Shown here: positions 24,682 through 37,440 of the stretch, one piece after another
Layout: each line of letters begins with the position of its first letter
How positions within the stretch are numbered: the first letter of the stretch is position 1
Source of the DNA: Anthoceros angustus
Lineage: Eukaryota > Plantae > Anthocerotophyta
Length of the DNA: 64,000 bases
Assembly (NCBI GenBank): GCA_010909165.1
Contig: MU008209.1
Coordinates: 344,779 to 408,778, forward strand
Direction of reading: 5' to 3'
Translations under genes and position numbers: made by a program
The notes under the pieces: model-generated
What the model saw: the letters and a program-made list of their open reading frames with translations, nothing else
The model's database searches: none
Told to the model about the DNA's origin: nothing

Positions 24682-27600
24682 CTACCATGACGTTGATGCT
24701 TTCACAGTTGCTTCAGGGGCAGGACTTGGAGTTTGGATACCCAGTAGAGGCCTTACTACCTGATCCACTGCAAGCTTCTGGAATGCCAACTCCTCCGTTA
24801 CAACCTGCAAGGCTTTTCTGCAACTGCCTTCATCAGAGAAGGCGAGAGTCCATCTGCCATCTACTAGACGTTTCATCTGGGCGGACCCTCCCACCAGTGT
24901 GCCAAGCTTGCCGGCCTCCGCGGACGGGTGATTGGGGGACCGTATTCGGAGATGCAACCATCGAGGATGCTCTTTGTCGATCCTTGGCTGCAAGACCATA
25001 GGAATAGAATTGTCAGCAACAGCACCGAGTTGGGGAACTTTGATGGTGATGATATCAGCATGCATTGAGAGCTACATCACATCTTCTTACCGAGCATCCT
25101 GCAAGAGGTGCAATCACCCGGATGATGCCCATGCGAGGCTTAGAAGGAACGTCCTCCGCAAGAATGAGCCACCCAGAGACACCGTGTGAAAGTACTAGCA
25201 GATACACATTGCGTTCTTTCCCTTTCTCAAAGGAAACTCTACAAGGCATAGCATTCCACGATGCTGGCGAGAAGAGTAATTGGTCAGCTGTCTCACTGTT
25301 TCTCATCCTATGCAAGGTTGGTGGCAGTGACAAACACAATTGCCTACGCAAGGAGAACAAAAAAGCACCAACAGAATAATTTGGCATCTTACTGAGTTCC
25401 AGTTCAGAGCCAGCTTTGACTAGTTGAGGGTCAATGCTGGAATTATTTGGGCGAGCCCCCCGAGATAGGTTCTCTACTTCACCCAGTGGGGGCTGGTCCT
25501 GCGATCGGCCATTCAGAAGTATAGAACGCATCTGATGTAGGACAACAAAAACCTGTTCATGAAAGAGGCCAACATCAGAAATGAACAATGTCACGTACTC
25601 AACAAAACAGTTCAGATACCAAAGGTTAAAGTCAACCTTGAGGTTGGCTCGCATTCGTTCTCCAAGTGCCGAGGATGATTGATCATCTGCCACATAGATC
25701 AGCCCTCATCTTAAAGACGTTCTTGTGGCTTTGGCTGCTAGATAGCCAACCTCAGTACTGCACTTTGAACCAAGTAGAGCAGAGTCTGCTATTTATTACC
25801 ATCAACAGGTGACCCCTGGGAGTGCGGCATCAGCACAAAAGAGGAGTCTCTTTGAAGGGAAGGAGTTTCCAGAGCTGATAAGAGAGGGCGGTCATAGTCA
25901 GCTTATGGCTGCACATGAAAATTAAGACCCCACTAAGTTGGTAGCCAGAGGAAGTGCCCGTACCTTTCTTGGCCACCACCCACTCATCCTTCAGAAGTGC
26001 AGGAATGATATCACACCAACATCCCTTCAACTCTTGCAAGAGATCTTCACAAGCTCCATTATAGGCATTCTGCAATTCATTGTACCACATCTAAGAACAA
26101 CCCACCAGCACCCTGAGACTCGAGGTTTGTGTTCCACGTGCCCAGTAACAAACCTCCAACATGAGTTTTCGAGCATCACTCAGCTTGTGATCATGGTGTG
26201 GCACTAACTGGCGAATCAACCACCCGGTATGCCATAGGGCTTCGACACATGGTGGAGGCCTCCGACAATGAACTTCCATAAGGGAATCCACCACCTGGGA
26301 CACATGTGCCGAACTTTTTATCATAAACTGTTTCTGTCTAGATAGATAATGAGGATGCAACTGAAACCCGCATCCAAAAGTGTGCACTCCTGCAAACACA
26401 GATCACACAGCATACCACAACATCTTCAGCGGCTGACACCTTCAGAGTCTGAAGCTCCAAAGATAGATCATCCTCAGTGCGATCAAATAGCTGGCCAAGC
26501 TCTTCATCGGGTTTTGTTCCCATCAGAGCTTGCTGAATTACACGGACCCGACACGAAACAGCAGGAAAGTATACCAGTACACCGTTAGTGTGTCTTAACG
26601 AGAAGGTGGTAGACTTGTGCAAGGAAGATGAAGCAAGCGGTTCATACCAACAGACGCTTTCTGTGTCGCTTGCGTTGAGACAACAGCCCAAGGGCATCCA
26701 AAAGCGATTCATCTAGGGCTGCAACACATTAAATCATTATTATCAATCCTGTTGCATGACAGGCTTCTTCGATAATGCCACATGATGGCAATGAACAAAC
26801 TGGATAGCAGCTTAGCACCTTCGTTCCGTAACAACGAGACAAAAACACAAATTGCTGCCAGGACAAGCTTGTCATCGCCACTGAGGAGATTCAAGATCAA
26901 AGCTTCTCTGCATGTCACAAGACCAGTTTAGAATTCCAACTCAAGAACTACAGGCACGAGTATCACTCTGTGCATCCTTGCTGTAAACACTTGCAAATTC
27001 AACCAGACCAACAACGTGATTCACCTAGGAATTCTTTTCAGCTCTCCAACCAGGTTTCCATCATCAGGGCAGATGTCATCCACCAAATTGTTGCCTTGCT
27101 CTTTCTCAGCCTCGGTGATAACATCCTCATCCTTTGTTGATTTGGCGTCCACCTTCCCATCCTCCAACAGTCCAGGTTCCAGACCAACAGAAGGTCGCAG
27201 AAGAGCCGCAGCAATCCTATTCACCAATGCTTTGTGTCTTACCACATGCAACAGACGTGAGAGAAGGTACATGGCAGACAGAGCACTGACCTGCATCTGA
27301 ACATGTATTATGTATCAAAGTCTAGAACGTCCTTGGTTGCAGCCAGTCCTTGGACGTAATGCAATTTTCTACAAAAAAGAAGTAGAGGTCTGTCTTCTCA
27401 AATTCTTACCAGGTCAGAAGTTTGGATCTTCTGCACGCCATAGACTGAAGGGATTAATACAGGTATCACAAGCAACCGCAAGATATGGTCTGTCATGATT
27501 TCAGCCAATCCAGGGACACTGCCACCAATAATGTCATTGCAGTAATACAGCAAGTCCCCAGTCTCTGCAATTGCAGCTTCCAGTCTTCCAGTTGTGTGTG

Positions 27601-29231
27601 CAGAATCAGGTGATCTGGACAGTAGATTAGAACGTTTCAGGTATGACTACTTAAGGCTCTGACATGGAAGAAACGGAAACGATGACAAGAACTGAAAACC
27701 CACTTTGCCGCCTCTGCAACTAAGCCATCCAGAGCGAAACTCTGCTGCCGGACGAATTCAACTACATCGGAAAAATAGCTCACAGCATGTGAGCTAGTCA
27801 CAAACTTCCGTATCCCATCATCCTCCACTACACAAGCAAGGAAGACAGTGCATTATTCAAAACCCAGTCGCAGTTTTGATTATCCTTACCCTTTGATTCA
27901 AGATTTGGCACCAAAAGGAATGAAACAAAAACAAGCGATAGAGCAGGAAGAACTGACCATGATAGACACTGAGAGTGAGAGTGCGAACAGCTATTCGCAC
28001 CATGCTTTCCTCATGATGGAAGAACTTGATGGCCTCAGTGTACAAGGGAAACGATACAATCTCATCCTGAACATAGAGCATGAGACAGCTTCAAAGAACC
28101 GCTCTAAAGAACAAAATTTGAATTTGAAACAGTTGAGACATGTCAAGGCATACAAGAGTCACCTACATCTTCTGTTTTGATGAAGAATGAAATTGTGTTC
28201 TTGTCCAGCTTCATACTGATGGTTCTGAAGCAAGTTCAAACACCAGTGCCACATGAATGTCATGTCACTGAATACACCAATCAAAACACTATCGGTATTG
28301 GCTGTAAATCATGTTGAACCATGTCACCTGAAGCAAGATAAAAAAATCGTAACATCAAACAGTCCCAACAATTTGTACCACGTTTAGGCCCTGAAGCATA
28401 GACGCACCTTAGAAAGGAAATGTAGTAGGCAAGAAGCTCCTCATGTCGAAAATCAAAAGGATAGGAGATGAGATTGTTGATATACTCGTTGCTGAAGAGG
28501 TAATCTATGAGAAAGTTGAACACTTTCAGGATATTCCCTAAGAGCTGGCTACAACAGCTCCGCAATGCATGGCACCTTACTTCAAAGTGGACGGCAAGTT
28601 TGAGAAGCGACTCACATATTGCCTGCTCACTTCGAATATTCTGGATCAAGAGACTTAGTGTTTGAAGCAACTGCACAGCAATGGTATTGCTACTATCACT
28701 GGTGTTCTTCAGAATCTGTATGAAGTCAGACATTACCTGCTTTTCCATAAAAAAGCTGCAATCCACAAGAACACAAATTCAATAAGCATCAGAGTAAGAG
28801 CTTGCAAAAGAAAAAAAAACAAGAAGCCTTCAAGATGTCAAGACTTGTTAGTACTCGAATAATGCAGGGTTGTCGTTTTGATCTCCCCAAATGAGAAGCT
28901 CAGCAATTGACCGCAGTGTCTCCACCACATAGTCCTGGAGAAGAGTCTCACCACATGAGGAAGAAACCACGTATCGGTGGCAACAATTGAACATCCAACC
29001 CTCTAGAATTGGCACCAAACTTGAGACCAGTAGCCTAAAAGAAGTTGTCCTACCTTATTCGCTTCAGTCACGGCTGCCGCTTTCTGCAGCTGTTCAGTTA
29101 AATACCTGCACCAACAGCACCTTCGCTTCAATTCTCTGCACCAAGATCTACTCCGAACTGTGATAAGGCAAGAACAGTGCATACTTCAGTTCTTCCAAGG
29201 AGAAGCGGTCCCTAATTTTGAAGAACCACAT
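24682..29231 (-). CDS. TT9: TRANSPARENT TESTA 9 / GFS9 (CLEC16A/FPL-domain membrane-trafficking factor). Multi-exon; the span includes introns.
   Basis: Spliced peptides include [145 protein letters not shown] and DGRWTLAF. Confidence 0.93.
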
Positions 29232-29764
29232 GATGGCCTGCATTCAATATTCGGGACATAGATGCACAGACCATGTCCCGTAAATATGTAACAGCAACAG
29301 CATCACAGCGGGCACGCATTGCAGAGAATTGTGCAGCACAGGCAGCCGCAGCTGCCGCATGCTTGCACCTCTCTGCTCTCCTGCCCTGCTAACGAACCCT
29401 CCACATCACCTGGTGAGCAGGCACGGCACCCCACGCTTTCTCCGCCCAGCCCAGTTCCTCAGCAAAACTTTCCAACCCGACCCAATCCAACCCAAACCAA
29501 CCCAGCCCAAAACCCTCCCCGCGATGCAATCCCAATGCTTGTACAGTCAAGCGCTCAATCTGCTTGCCCTGAACTGCCACATGTCTTCAAGGAATCTACC
29601 CTAATCCCAAAAAACAAAGCAAAAACAAGTTCCGAAGCGAAACGAAGTATTTACGTTCCCGCGTAAAGGGTTTGAACAGCGCTTACTGTGCGAAGCGCAA
29701 ATTGCGCACACACCGGAAGGTCCTCCAGCAGAGCAATGCGAATGTGACACAAGCTTTAGCGACG
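29232..29764. promoter_or_regulatory. Short bidirectional intergenic/promoter region between TT9 and UBC37
   Basis: The two start codons diverge about 530 bp apart. The region contains a low-complexity (ACCCA)n-like tract at about 29474-29516. Promoter function is inferred from position. Confidence 0.5.
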
Positions 29765-31434
29765 ATGCAGGCTGCCAGGCTTGCCACGCGGTTGCAGCGG
29801 GAGATTGCAATGTTGACGACAGATCCCCCGCCCGGGGTCTGTGCTTGGCCTTGTGGCGACCTGCTCACGCACCTGGAAGCTCGTAAGCGGCTTACCTTGT
29901 GTGTGATTTGGTTTGAGACCAATGCCAGATGGTTGGAAGCAGCAGACAGCTGACATAACATGTCATCCAGAGATTCAGGGGCCTGCTGGCACAGTTTACT
30001 CCAGTGGTTTATTCAAGCTGGATGTGCGGGTACCTGAGAGGCAAGACCTGAGTCCCATCATGTGCTTCGCGAAGAGTTTTGCCTGATCATGTTCTGGATG
30101 GGGTTGCCCATAAGATTTGAGACTGTGTTCTGGACGTCATGGTGCAGATATCCGTTTGAGCCTCCGAACGTTAGGTTTGTCACTCCTTTATACCATCCCA
30201 ACATTGACACGGGGGGGCGGATTTGCCTCGATATACTCGTCATGCCTCCTAAGGTTTTGCATGAATCTGGCAACCACTTTCTTCTGCTCTCTGCTTTGTC
30301 TGCCTGTGAGGACAGTGATGCCTCATCTTCCGCCACTGTCCAATGTGTGGAATTTTTGCAGGGAGCATGGAGGCCCTCATTGAACATCCCCACGGTGCTA
30401 GCCAGCATTGGTTTGCTTCTGTCGGAACCGAACCCTGACGATGGATTGATGAGTGACATTGTAGGTTCGCGCTCATGCCATGGTTGGCTTGTCAGTCTGA
30501 GGCGTCTTCTGAATGGTTTTCTGTCTTCCTGGTAGACAGCGGAGTATAAACATAATCGCTCATCGTTTGACCGGAAAGCAAGAGAGTTGACAGAGAAGTA
30601 TGCCCTGCCTTCATCATGTGCAGAAAACTCTGCAGATCAGAAATTCCCCAGAGTAGTTGTGGACTGCCCTGCAGAGGTGAGAGTTGATTCCAGCCAGGAT
30701 GCAAACAGAGCCCTTTTCTTTTACTTTCGGTCATGGAATGACATTGACTGTATGTGGTGAAGGGTCCAAGTGTGAGGGAGTTTTGTGAAGGGAACTCCAA
30801 GAGAACTCTTCTCAGCGTAGGAGGGAAGGTAGTGGAAGCTGACCCTCAGACTACTGTCCCAGAAAGTCCCAGAGTGAAGGCTGAGGGAGGATCCACTCCA
30901 CATCAGCAGAGACTTGGTCTGGCGAGAAAGCTTTCTCTCTCCCAAAAACCTCATCAACTTGTTGCAGACGGTGGTGCAAAGGTGCCGGGCATAAATGGAA
31001 CTCCTGAAGAAAAGCAGACTGTTGAAGATAGGAACACCGAGGAAAAGCAGGTCGGTAATGACAAGGGGAGCACAGGAGCAGGCCACCCAACACAGCACAG
31101 GCTGGGGACTGTGCTGGAGGAAACACTTCAGGGACAGGGGCCAAAGCAGCGAGCCAGTAACCCGCAAGATGGAAACCAGGCTGCTCCTTCAGTTCCAGTC
31201 AAGTCAGGCAGGGAGGACCCTGGAAGGCCCAGTAGGCTGAGCTTGCTGTCCAGGTTGAAGCTTTCGAGGTCGATAGGTTCTCAGCAGAAATCTCCAGCAG
31301 GCAACGTCCAGCAGCCCACCGCTTCAGTTAAGAGGAATTTAGACTGCATTGTTGTCTCAGACAGTGAAAGCGAGGATGAACATGTGCCTGTGCCTCGGAG
31401 TCGGCTTACCTTGACACAGAGGCTACGCAGGTAG
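29765..31434 (+). CDS. UBC37: Ubiquitin-conjugating enzyme E2, UBC37/UBE2T-like, with a long disordered C-terminal tail. Multi-exon; one GC-AG intron.
   Basis: The spliced product reads [25 protein letters not shown]..., [53 protein letters not shown] (HPN motif and catalytic Cys), [30 protein letters not shown] and [22 protein letters not shown]. The last exon boundary is less certain. Confidence 0.92.
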
Positions 31435-31743
31435 AACTGTCGGCTGCCTTCATCCATCGAATCTCTGTATGATGACTGTGATTCTTGATCTCAAGAAAGT
31501 GCACGTCTCGCTGCGTTCACTTGGACGAACACGACTCTCCTTCTCCCGCTGATTTCTGCTCCCACCAATCATCTGCATCCGGACCGACTGCCTCAGAAAC
31601 CTCATTCTGCCAATCTGCATCGCTCCCTTGCGATCCCTCGTGAAATCCCTCCGCTACCGTGCCGCAGGTGCGGATTCTCCCTGGAACAAGGCGGGGACTT
31701 GAGCGGCGCTGCACGCTGTTGATCGGCGCCAGCCGGCCGCTTA

Positions 31744-31790
31744 TTTAGACGGAGACCGCCGCTTGTTTAGACGGAGACCGCCGTTTGTTC
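31744..31790 (+). repeat. 22-bp tandem repeat upstream of the PPR gene
   Basis: tttagacggagaccgccgcttg is followed by tttagacggagaccgccgtttg. Confidence 0.75.
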
Positions 31791-32059
31791 AGACCGGCTG
31801 GCCGCCATCGCTGGTCCAAAGAGGATGACACTCTGTGTGGTTAAGTAACCCGGTCTCCTACCCGCTGGTCAGCCGCAGCCCACGGAAAGGACTTTCATGT
31901 CCCAAGCCGCCATGTCCCTTGAATCGGTTTTGGCGGTAGATATGCGGATTCTGGATTCGTCTGAATCGGGACGTATGAATGTGTGCATCCCTGGGTAGCC
32001 CGTGCTAGGTGGGCGATTCTGCCTTTCTGGAAGCAGCCCATCAGCAGAAGCTGGTCAGG

Positions 32060-35000
32060 ATGGCGCTCAGGCTGTTTCCTGTCAAGTCTCCTGTTGTGGC
32101 TGCTGGATTCGGGGGCCCTGACAAGAGCAGAGCTGGGGTGGAAGTGAAGGTGCGGGTGAGATTCGGGCGGTTGCTGTCGAGGAGGAAGGAGATTCAGGTG
32201 CGCAGGCTGCGGGAGCAGAGGGGGAGGCTGTTGGGCATTAGCATCAGGCTGGGGGCGAGGCCAATGGGCTTCCAGTCGGGCCTGCCTGCGGAGATTACCA
32301 CGGTGATGGACATGGAGGTGCAGTGCATTCTGGATATACTGGGACAGCTGCAATGGAGTGCCAAGACGGAGGCAGTGCTGGAGCAGCTGGGATTCAAGGC
32401 GGAGGCAGGTCTGGTGATGGCAGTTTTGAAGGGCCTGACGGATGCAGACTTGGCCCTGGAGTTCTTTTTGTGGGCAGGGAGGCAACAGGGCTACAGGCAC
32501 AAGAGTCCTGTGTACTTGTGTGTGCTGAAGAAGTTGGGCGATGCTCTCAGGTTTGCTGCCGTGCACAGGGTGCTGGAGATGATGAGAGTGGAGGGATGTG
32601 AGCTGAGTGAGGCTTTTGTGTGTGTGCTTGCAGCTTACAGCAAGGCTGGTGCTCCAGCTCTAGCTGTCAGAATCTTCCAGCAGATGAAGAGCTATGGGTG
32701 TCAGCCGCGTTCGCTCACGTATAATTCTCTCATCACTGCGCTTGTGAAGGCTGGTGACTACTCCAGTGCGTACAATTTCTATCTGGAAGCAGTGGAGACG
32801 AGGTGTGAGCTGGACGTGCCTACGTACAATCGGCTGATATACAGTCAGTTTAAGCTTGGGAAGGTGAATGTGGCTTGCAGCTTGTTTGAGGAGATGAAGG
32901 AGAGAGGTTTGAAGCCAGATATTCGGACTTATGGTTCACTGGTGAATGGATATGTCAAAGCTGGGAAGTTTGATGAGAGCTTCAAGCTTGCGGAAGAAAT
33001 GAGAGAGGAAGGGATGGCCTTCAATTTAGTCATGTATAATATCTTGATAGATGGGTTTGGCAAAGCTGGTGAGGTTGATAGAGCTCTGAAGCTGTTTGAA
33101 GACATGGAGACAGATGGATATGGCCCTTCCGTCAGGACGTACTCTAGTCTCATGCATGGCTTGTGTAAAATGGGTCGTATGAGTGAGGCTTTGAAGATGT
33201 TTGAGAGCATGAAGGCGAGAGGAGTGAGTCCCAATGTGGTGACCTATAGTTGCCTCATGAATGGGTACGGAAAGGCTGGCCAGGTTGATCAGGCCACCCA
33301 GCTGTTTAAGGAGATGCAGGTTTCTGCGATTTCCCCCTCAGTCATTACGTACAACACACTCATCAACGTTCTTGGCAAAGCTGGTAGAGTGGATGAAGCA
33401 TGCCAGTTGTTTGAAGGTATGAGGGGCACCCCAAACGAACCCAATCTGGTGACCTATGTCTCCCTTATGGATGGACTGGGAAAGGCAGGTCGGGTAGACG
33501 AGGCGTGTAAGCTCTTCCAGGATCTCAAAGCCAGTGGCTTTGTGCCGGATGCATTCACCTACACTACTTTGATTGATGGCTTCAGACGAGTAGGTAAGGT
33601 GGATGAGTCCCTGAAGTTTTTGGAGGAGATGAAGGGGCAACGTATATCACCCTCTGCTGTTACTTACAATGCTGTGATCGATGGTCTGGGAAAAGCAGGT
33701 CGAACACAGGATGCCTACGTGATGCTCTGTGAAATGAAAGAAAATGGGCTGGTCCCCGATGTACAGACTTTCACCAGCCTCATTGATAATTTCGGAAAGG
33801 TTGGGCGCATTGATGAAGCATGCAAGGTCTTCGCAGAAATGTGTGATTTAGGTGTTAAACCAACCCGAACAATGTATGCATGTCTGGTAGAGGCACTGAG
33901 CAAAGCTGGCCAGATGGAGCTCGCGGTCAGGTTTCTGGACGAGATGCAAAACGAAGGCATCACCGCAGATGCCCATACCTACACCAGTCTGATTGATGGC
34001 CTGTGGCGTGCGGGTCAGATGGGTGAATCCTGGAAGCTGTTCAACCAAATGAAAGAACAGAAGGTTGCACCTTCCGTAGCCACGTACAATGCTCTCATGA
34101 ATGGCTTGGGTAAGGTGGGCCAAACTGGTGAAGCTTGCAAGCTGTTCACAGAGATGCAAGAGGAAGGGCTGGTTCCTGACGTGCACACGTATAGCTGCCT
34201 CATTGATGGGCTCGGAAGGAATGGGAAACTGGAGGAAGCTAACAAGGTCTTCGATGAAATGTCTGAAAGAGGGTTGACTCCAGACGTTGTGCCATACACA
34301 GCTCTCATAGCTGCCAGCATCAAGGCAGGTTCCATTGTCGATGCGAAAAGGCTGCTTGAAGATCTCAAGAAAACTGGGACACCGCCAAATGTGGTCACCT
34401 ATACAGCTGCTGTCGATGGTCTTGTGAAGGCAGGTGACGTCCTCGAGGCCTGCCGGTTGCTCAAGGAAATGGCTGAAAGTGGGATCGCCCCGAATGTAGT
34501 CACATATACTGTGGTCCTCGACCGGCTTGTGAAAGAAGGGGCTATTCTGCAGGCATTGAATCTCTGGGAACAGATGAAGAGCAGGGGGCTGCAACTCAAC
34601 GTGGTAAGCTACAGCACACTCATTGACGGACTGGGAAAGGCAGGTCTAGTGGATAGTGCTTATGTGGCTTTTGAGGAACTGAAGACTCAGGGACTCGTTC
34701 CCAACGTAGTAACCTACAGCAGTCTCGTGGACAGTCTGGGTAAAGCAAATCGGATTGATGCACTTCGGGATATTGTTGCTGAGATGAAGCATAACGAGGT
34801 GAACCTGAACGTTGTCACATACAGTGCTCTGGTGGACTGTTTGAGCAAAGCAGGTGAAATCGATGAAGCGTGCCGATTGTTGACAGACATGAAGCTCCAG
34901 GGTGTAGCTCCCAACGTCATCACATACAACATTATTTTGGATGCCTTGATGAAGTCGAGGCGTGTAGGGGATGCTTGCAAGCTCCTGGACGAGCTCAGAT

Positions 35001-35083
35001 CCAATGACAGGTCACCAAACCAAGCCATCTATGGTGCTGTTTTAGACAGACTATATGAAATGAGGGCGACAGTATCACCCTGA
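32060..35083 (+). CDS. P-class pentatricopeptide repeat protein, intronless, about 1007 aa, roughly 24 PPR motifs, no E/DYW domain
   Basis: Continuous 35-aa repeats of the form P(N/D)VVTYxxLIDGLGKAGxVDEAxxLFxEMKxxG follow the ALEFFLWAGRQ pre-PPR motif. The ORF track starts at GTG 32009; the first ATG is 32060. Confidence 0.95.
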   Translation: MALRLFPVKSPVVAAGFGGPDKSRAGVEVKVRVRFGRLLSRRKEIQVRRLREQRGRLLGISIRLGARPMGFQSGLPAEITTVMDMEVQCILDILGQLQWSAKTEAVLEQLGFKAEAGLVMAVLKGLTDADLALEFFLWAGRQQGYRHKSPVYLCVLKKLGDALRFAAVHRVLEMMRVEGCELSEAFVCVLAAYSKAGAPALAVRIFQQMKSYGCQPRSLTYNSLITALVKAGDYSSAYNFYLEAVETRCELDVPTYNRLIYSQFKLGKVNVACSLFEEMKERGLKPDIRTYGSLVNGYVKAGKFDESFKLAEEMREEGMAFNLVMYNILIDGFGKAGEVDRALKLFEDMETDGYGPSVRTYSSLMHGLCKMGRMSEALKMFESMKARGVSPNVVTYSCLMNGYGKAGQVDQATQLFKEMQVSAISPSVITYNTLINVLGKAGRVDEACQLFEGMRGTPNEPNLVTYVSLMDGLGKAGRVDEACKLFQDLKASGFVPDAFTYTTLIDGFRRVGKVDESLKFLEEMKGQRISPSAVTYNAVIDGLGKAGRTQDAYVMLCEMKENGLVPDVQTFTSLIDNFGKVGRIDEACKVFAEMCDLGVKPTRTMYACLVEALSKAGQMELAVRFLDEMQNEGITADAHTYTSLIDGLWRAGQMGESWKLFNQMKEQKVAPSVATYNALMNGLGKVGQTGEACKLFTEMQEEGLVPDVHTYSCLIDGLGRNGKLEEANKVFDEMSERGLTPDVVPYTALIAASIKAGSIVDAKRLLEDLKKTGTPPNVVTYTAAVDGLVKAGDVLEACRLLKEMAESGIAPNVVTYTVVLDRLVKEGAILQALNLWEQMKSRGLQLNVVSYSTLIDGLGKAGLVDSAYVAFEELKTQGLVPNVVTYSSLVDSLGKANRIDALRDIVAEMKHNEVNLNVVTYSALVDCLSKAGEIDEACRLLTDMKLQGVAPNVITYNIILDALMKSRRVGDACKLLDELRSNDRSPNQAIYGAVLDRLYEMRATVSP

Positions 35084-37440
35084 TACCAAACCAAGCATCT
35101 CAAGCTGATTCAAGATAACAGGTATGCTTTTGGCACTCACTCACCCGTATAGTTCTGGCTCGTATCACCAGCCTGCCGTGCCAATTGTTCCTAACTCTAA
35201 CATGCTTGTGGCCATTTCCATCTACGGAGCACAGCTTACGATGACACGCAACATGCCACTGGTCTAGGACCAAGCTGGATGGACAGTGAAGACCATCCGA
35301 TCGGCCAAGCTGGAGTAACCTGCCATGAGACAAGTGAACACAACTTCAGGTTTTTGAGCACTTAACACTCAACGCTGCGGCCTTCAAGATTCTCATCAGT
35401 TTAATGTCATCGAGGCTTATGTATCCTTTCTTGCAGGACGGGAATCATTCTGGAGGTGCTCGGCAGATTGCGCAGACATAGGTCTGTTTTCATCAGTGAA
35501 TGAGGAGATCGTTTGGTGAGCGTTTTAGCTCACCTGCAACCGCTGGCTGGAACCGTCACCTGCCGTTAGCTGAGCAGGACTCAAGGCTGAAGGTAAGTAC
35601 CATTGCGTCGCAGAGGAGTGCCGTGCACCGGCGGACTGATGAGAAAGAAGTGCTGCTCCTCACGATGTCCTCACCTTCGACCCAAGCCAAGAAAACTCTT
35701 CCAGGCGATGTGGGGTCGGAAGAAGGGCCTATGGAGTTGCTGCTCTACGCAGCCTCCCTTCCTCCTTCCCCCATACCGACTCGGCGAGTTCCAAAAACCG
35801 CTCCCCCCATGGATAGGTCGCATAACCTTCATATATCTAATATGAGATACATGTAACATCTAATATGACATAGTATATATAAGTTATGTATTTCAAAGTT
35901 GGAAAGACGTGTGCCTATAGTATCGAGCTGGGATTGTGCGTCTTGCAAGGAGCGCTTTTCTTGGAGTGTAATGTTGAATCCTTAGGGGGTGTTGTAATAT
36001 TGTACTATAATATTGTATTATTAACTAGTCTAAACTGATGGCTTATGCGATAAGCACTAATAGCTAATAGCATTTTAAAATAGGGAACAGCATTTTAAAT
36101 TCGTGTGGTTGTCTTTTGGCATTGTCCTTAATTTGGGTTTCTACATGATCAAGGTGCTGAAAGGCAGACTTGACCCTCCATTGTCTCCTGCCCTACGAGT
36201 GGGTCAGTCCAGTTTATGACACCCTGATACCTTTGATCACGAGCAGTCACTACCCTCCCTCGCAATCCTACCACAACTGAATTTCTTGCCTTTTTTGCTA
36301 TCCAACCTCTTTCCTTTGTGACCCAACTCGTTGATGCACTAGAAACTGCTCTTTCCCCAATTCAGCCATTGTTTTTTTCCTCTCTCCCCCTCTACGATCT
36401 TGACTTAGTCTTCATCTTACTTCAAGAGGTTATCATCTTAGAATCTCTCCTTCAGTTTGTGTCACCCATTTACTTGCCAACACTCCCCAAGACATCTCAT
36501 TTATCATCATCCCCCCTACCTCCACCTCTTTGCCCTCCGTTTGCAACTACATCTGCCTCACCCACCCCTTCACATCCTAATCCCTCTACCATGGCCAATT
36601 TTTTCCAAAATCTTACAAGACGCCCTTTAGGGCCGCAGAAATGACGCGGATTTCCGCCACCACTGTGTCGTGCCTGCCCGCACTACCGACCCTCAAGCAA
36701 TTCTCCTGCAACTTCCCTCTCCGATTTCCCCGACCCTTGATCCCCTCCTCTCCATTCTCTTGGACAAGCTTGCCACTCTCGCCTCCATCGAAGAGTTCCT
36801 TGGTGGATGGCAGTGCCAACTGAATGTCGCCAAGTCTCAATTTGACATTGCCCTCGCAGCCTCACGTGCTATTCTTCTTCCTGCATAGGATTTGTTGGAG
36901 CGTTTATGGGGGCGCCCCCACTTCTCATCTCCATAGATGTTCCCCTTTTTTTGAACTTATAAAGTTGAAGTTACGCTAAAAAAACAAGGGTTGTGGCAAG
37001 GGTCATGTCTTGCGCATATCGACCAGGGCAACTGGTTTCAAAGACGACCAAGATCCAAAATACCGGCCTTGATCCGAGCTGGCATTGGGCAAGGCTTCTA
37101 AAAGCCTATGGGAGTTGCAGCCTCCCATCTACGTGGTTCCTAAAACTCTTCAAGTTATTAATGCACGCGTGTGCGCAGACGTGGGCCCCACCACTCATAC
37201 TCCGGTTGCTTACCACCGGGATGCAGGTGCATCCTCTAATGCTATGGCCATGCATCCATCCAAGCATCGTATGTAATCAAGTCTACGAAATCGTAGTCCC
37301 GTTCACGGATGGTTCACGATGCCATGAACACTATTAGGCTGTTTATTGCGCGTACATTACATGCTCAAACTCGCGAGCGACTTCACCAACCGCACACTCA
37401 CTGTGAACGCCGATCCATCGGGTGTCGAACATTTTAAGCT

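Noticed and set aside
32009-32059. GTG start for the PPR protein as given in the ORF track
   Set aside because: This is a nuclear eukaryotic gene, so the first in-frame ATG at 32060 is preferred.
32194-35028. Antisense ORFs over the PPR gene
   Set aside because: They are shadow ORFs of the long sense CDS.
35500-35856. 118-aa ORF after the PPR gene
   Set aside because: It has no family match and may be 3'-UTR or TE-derived sequence.
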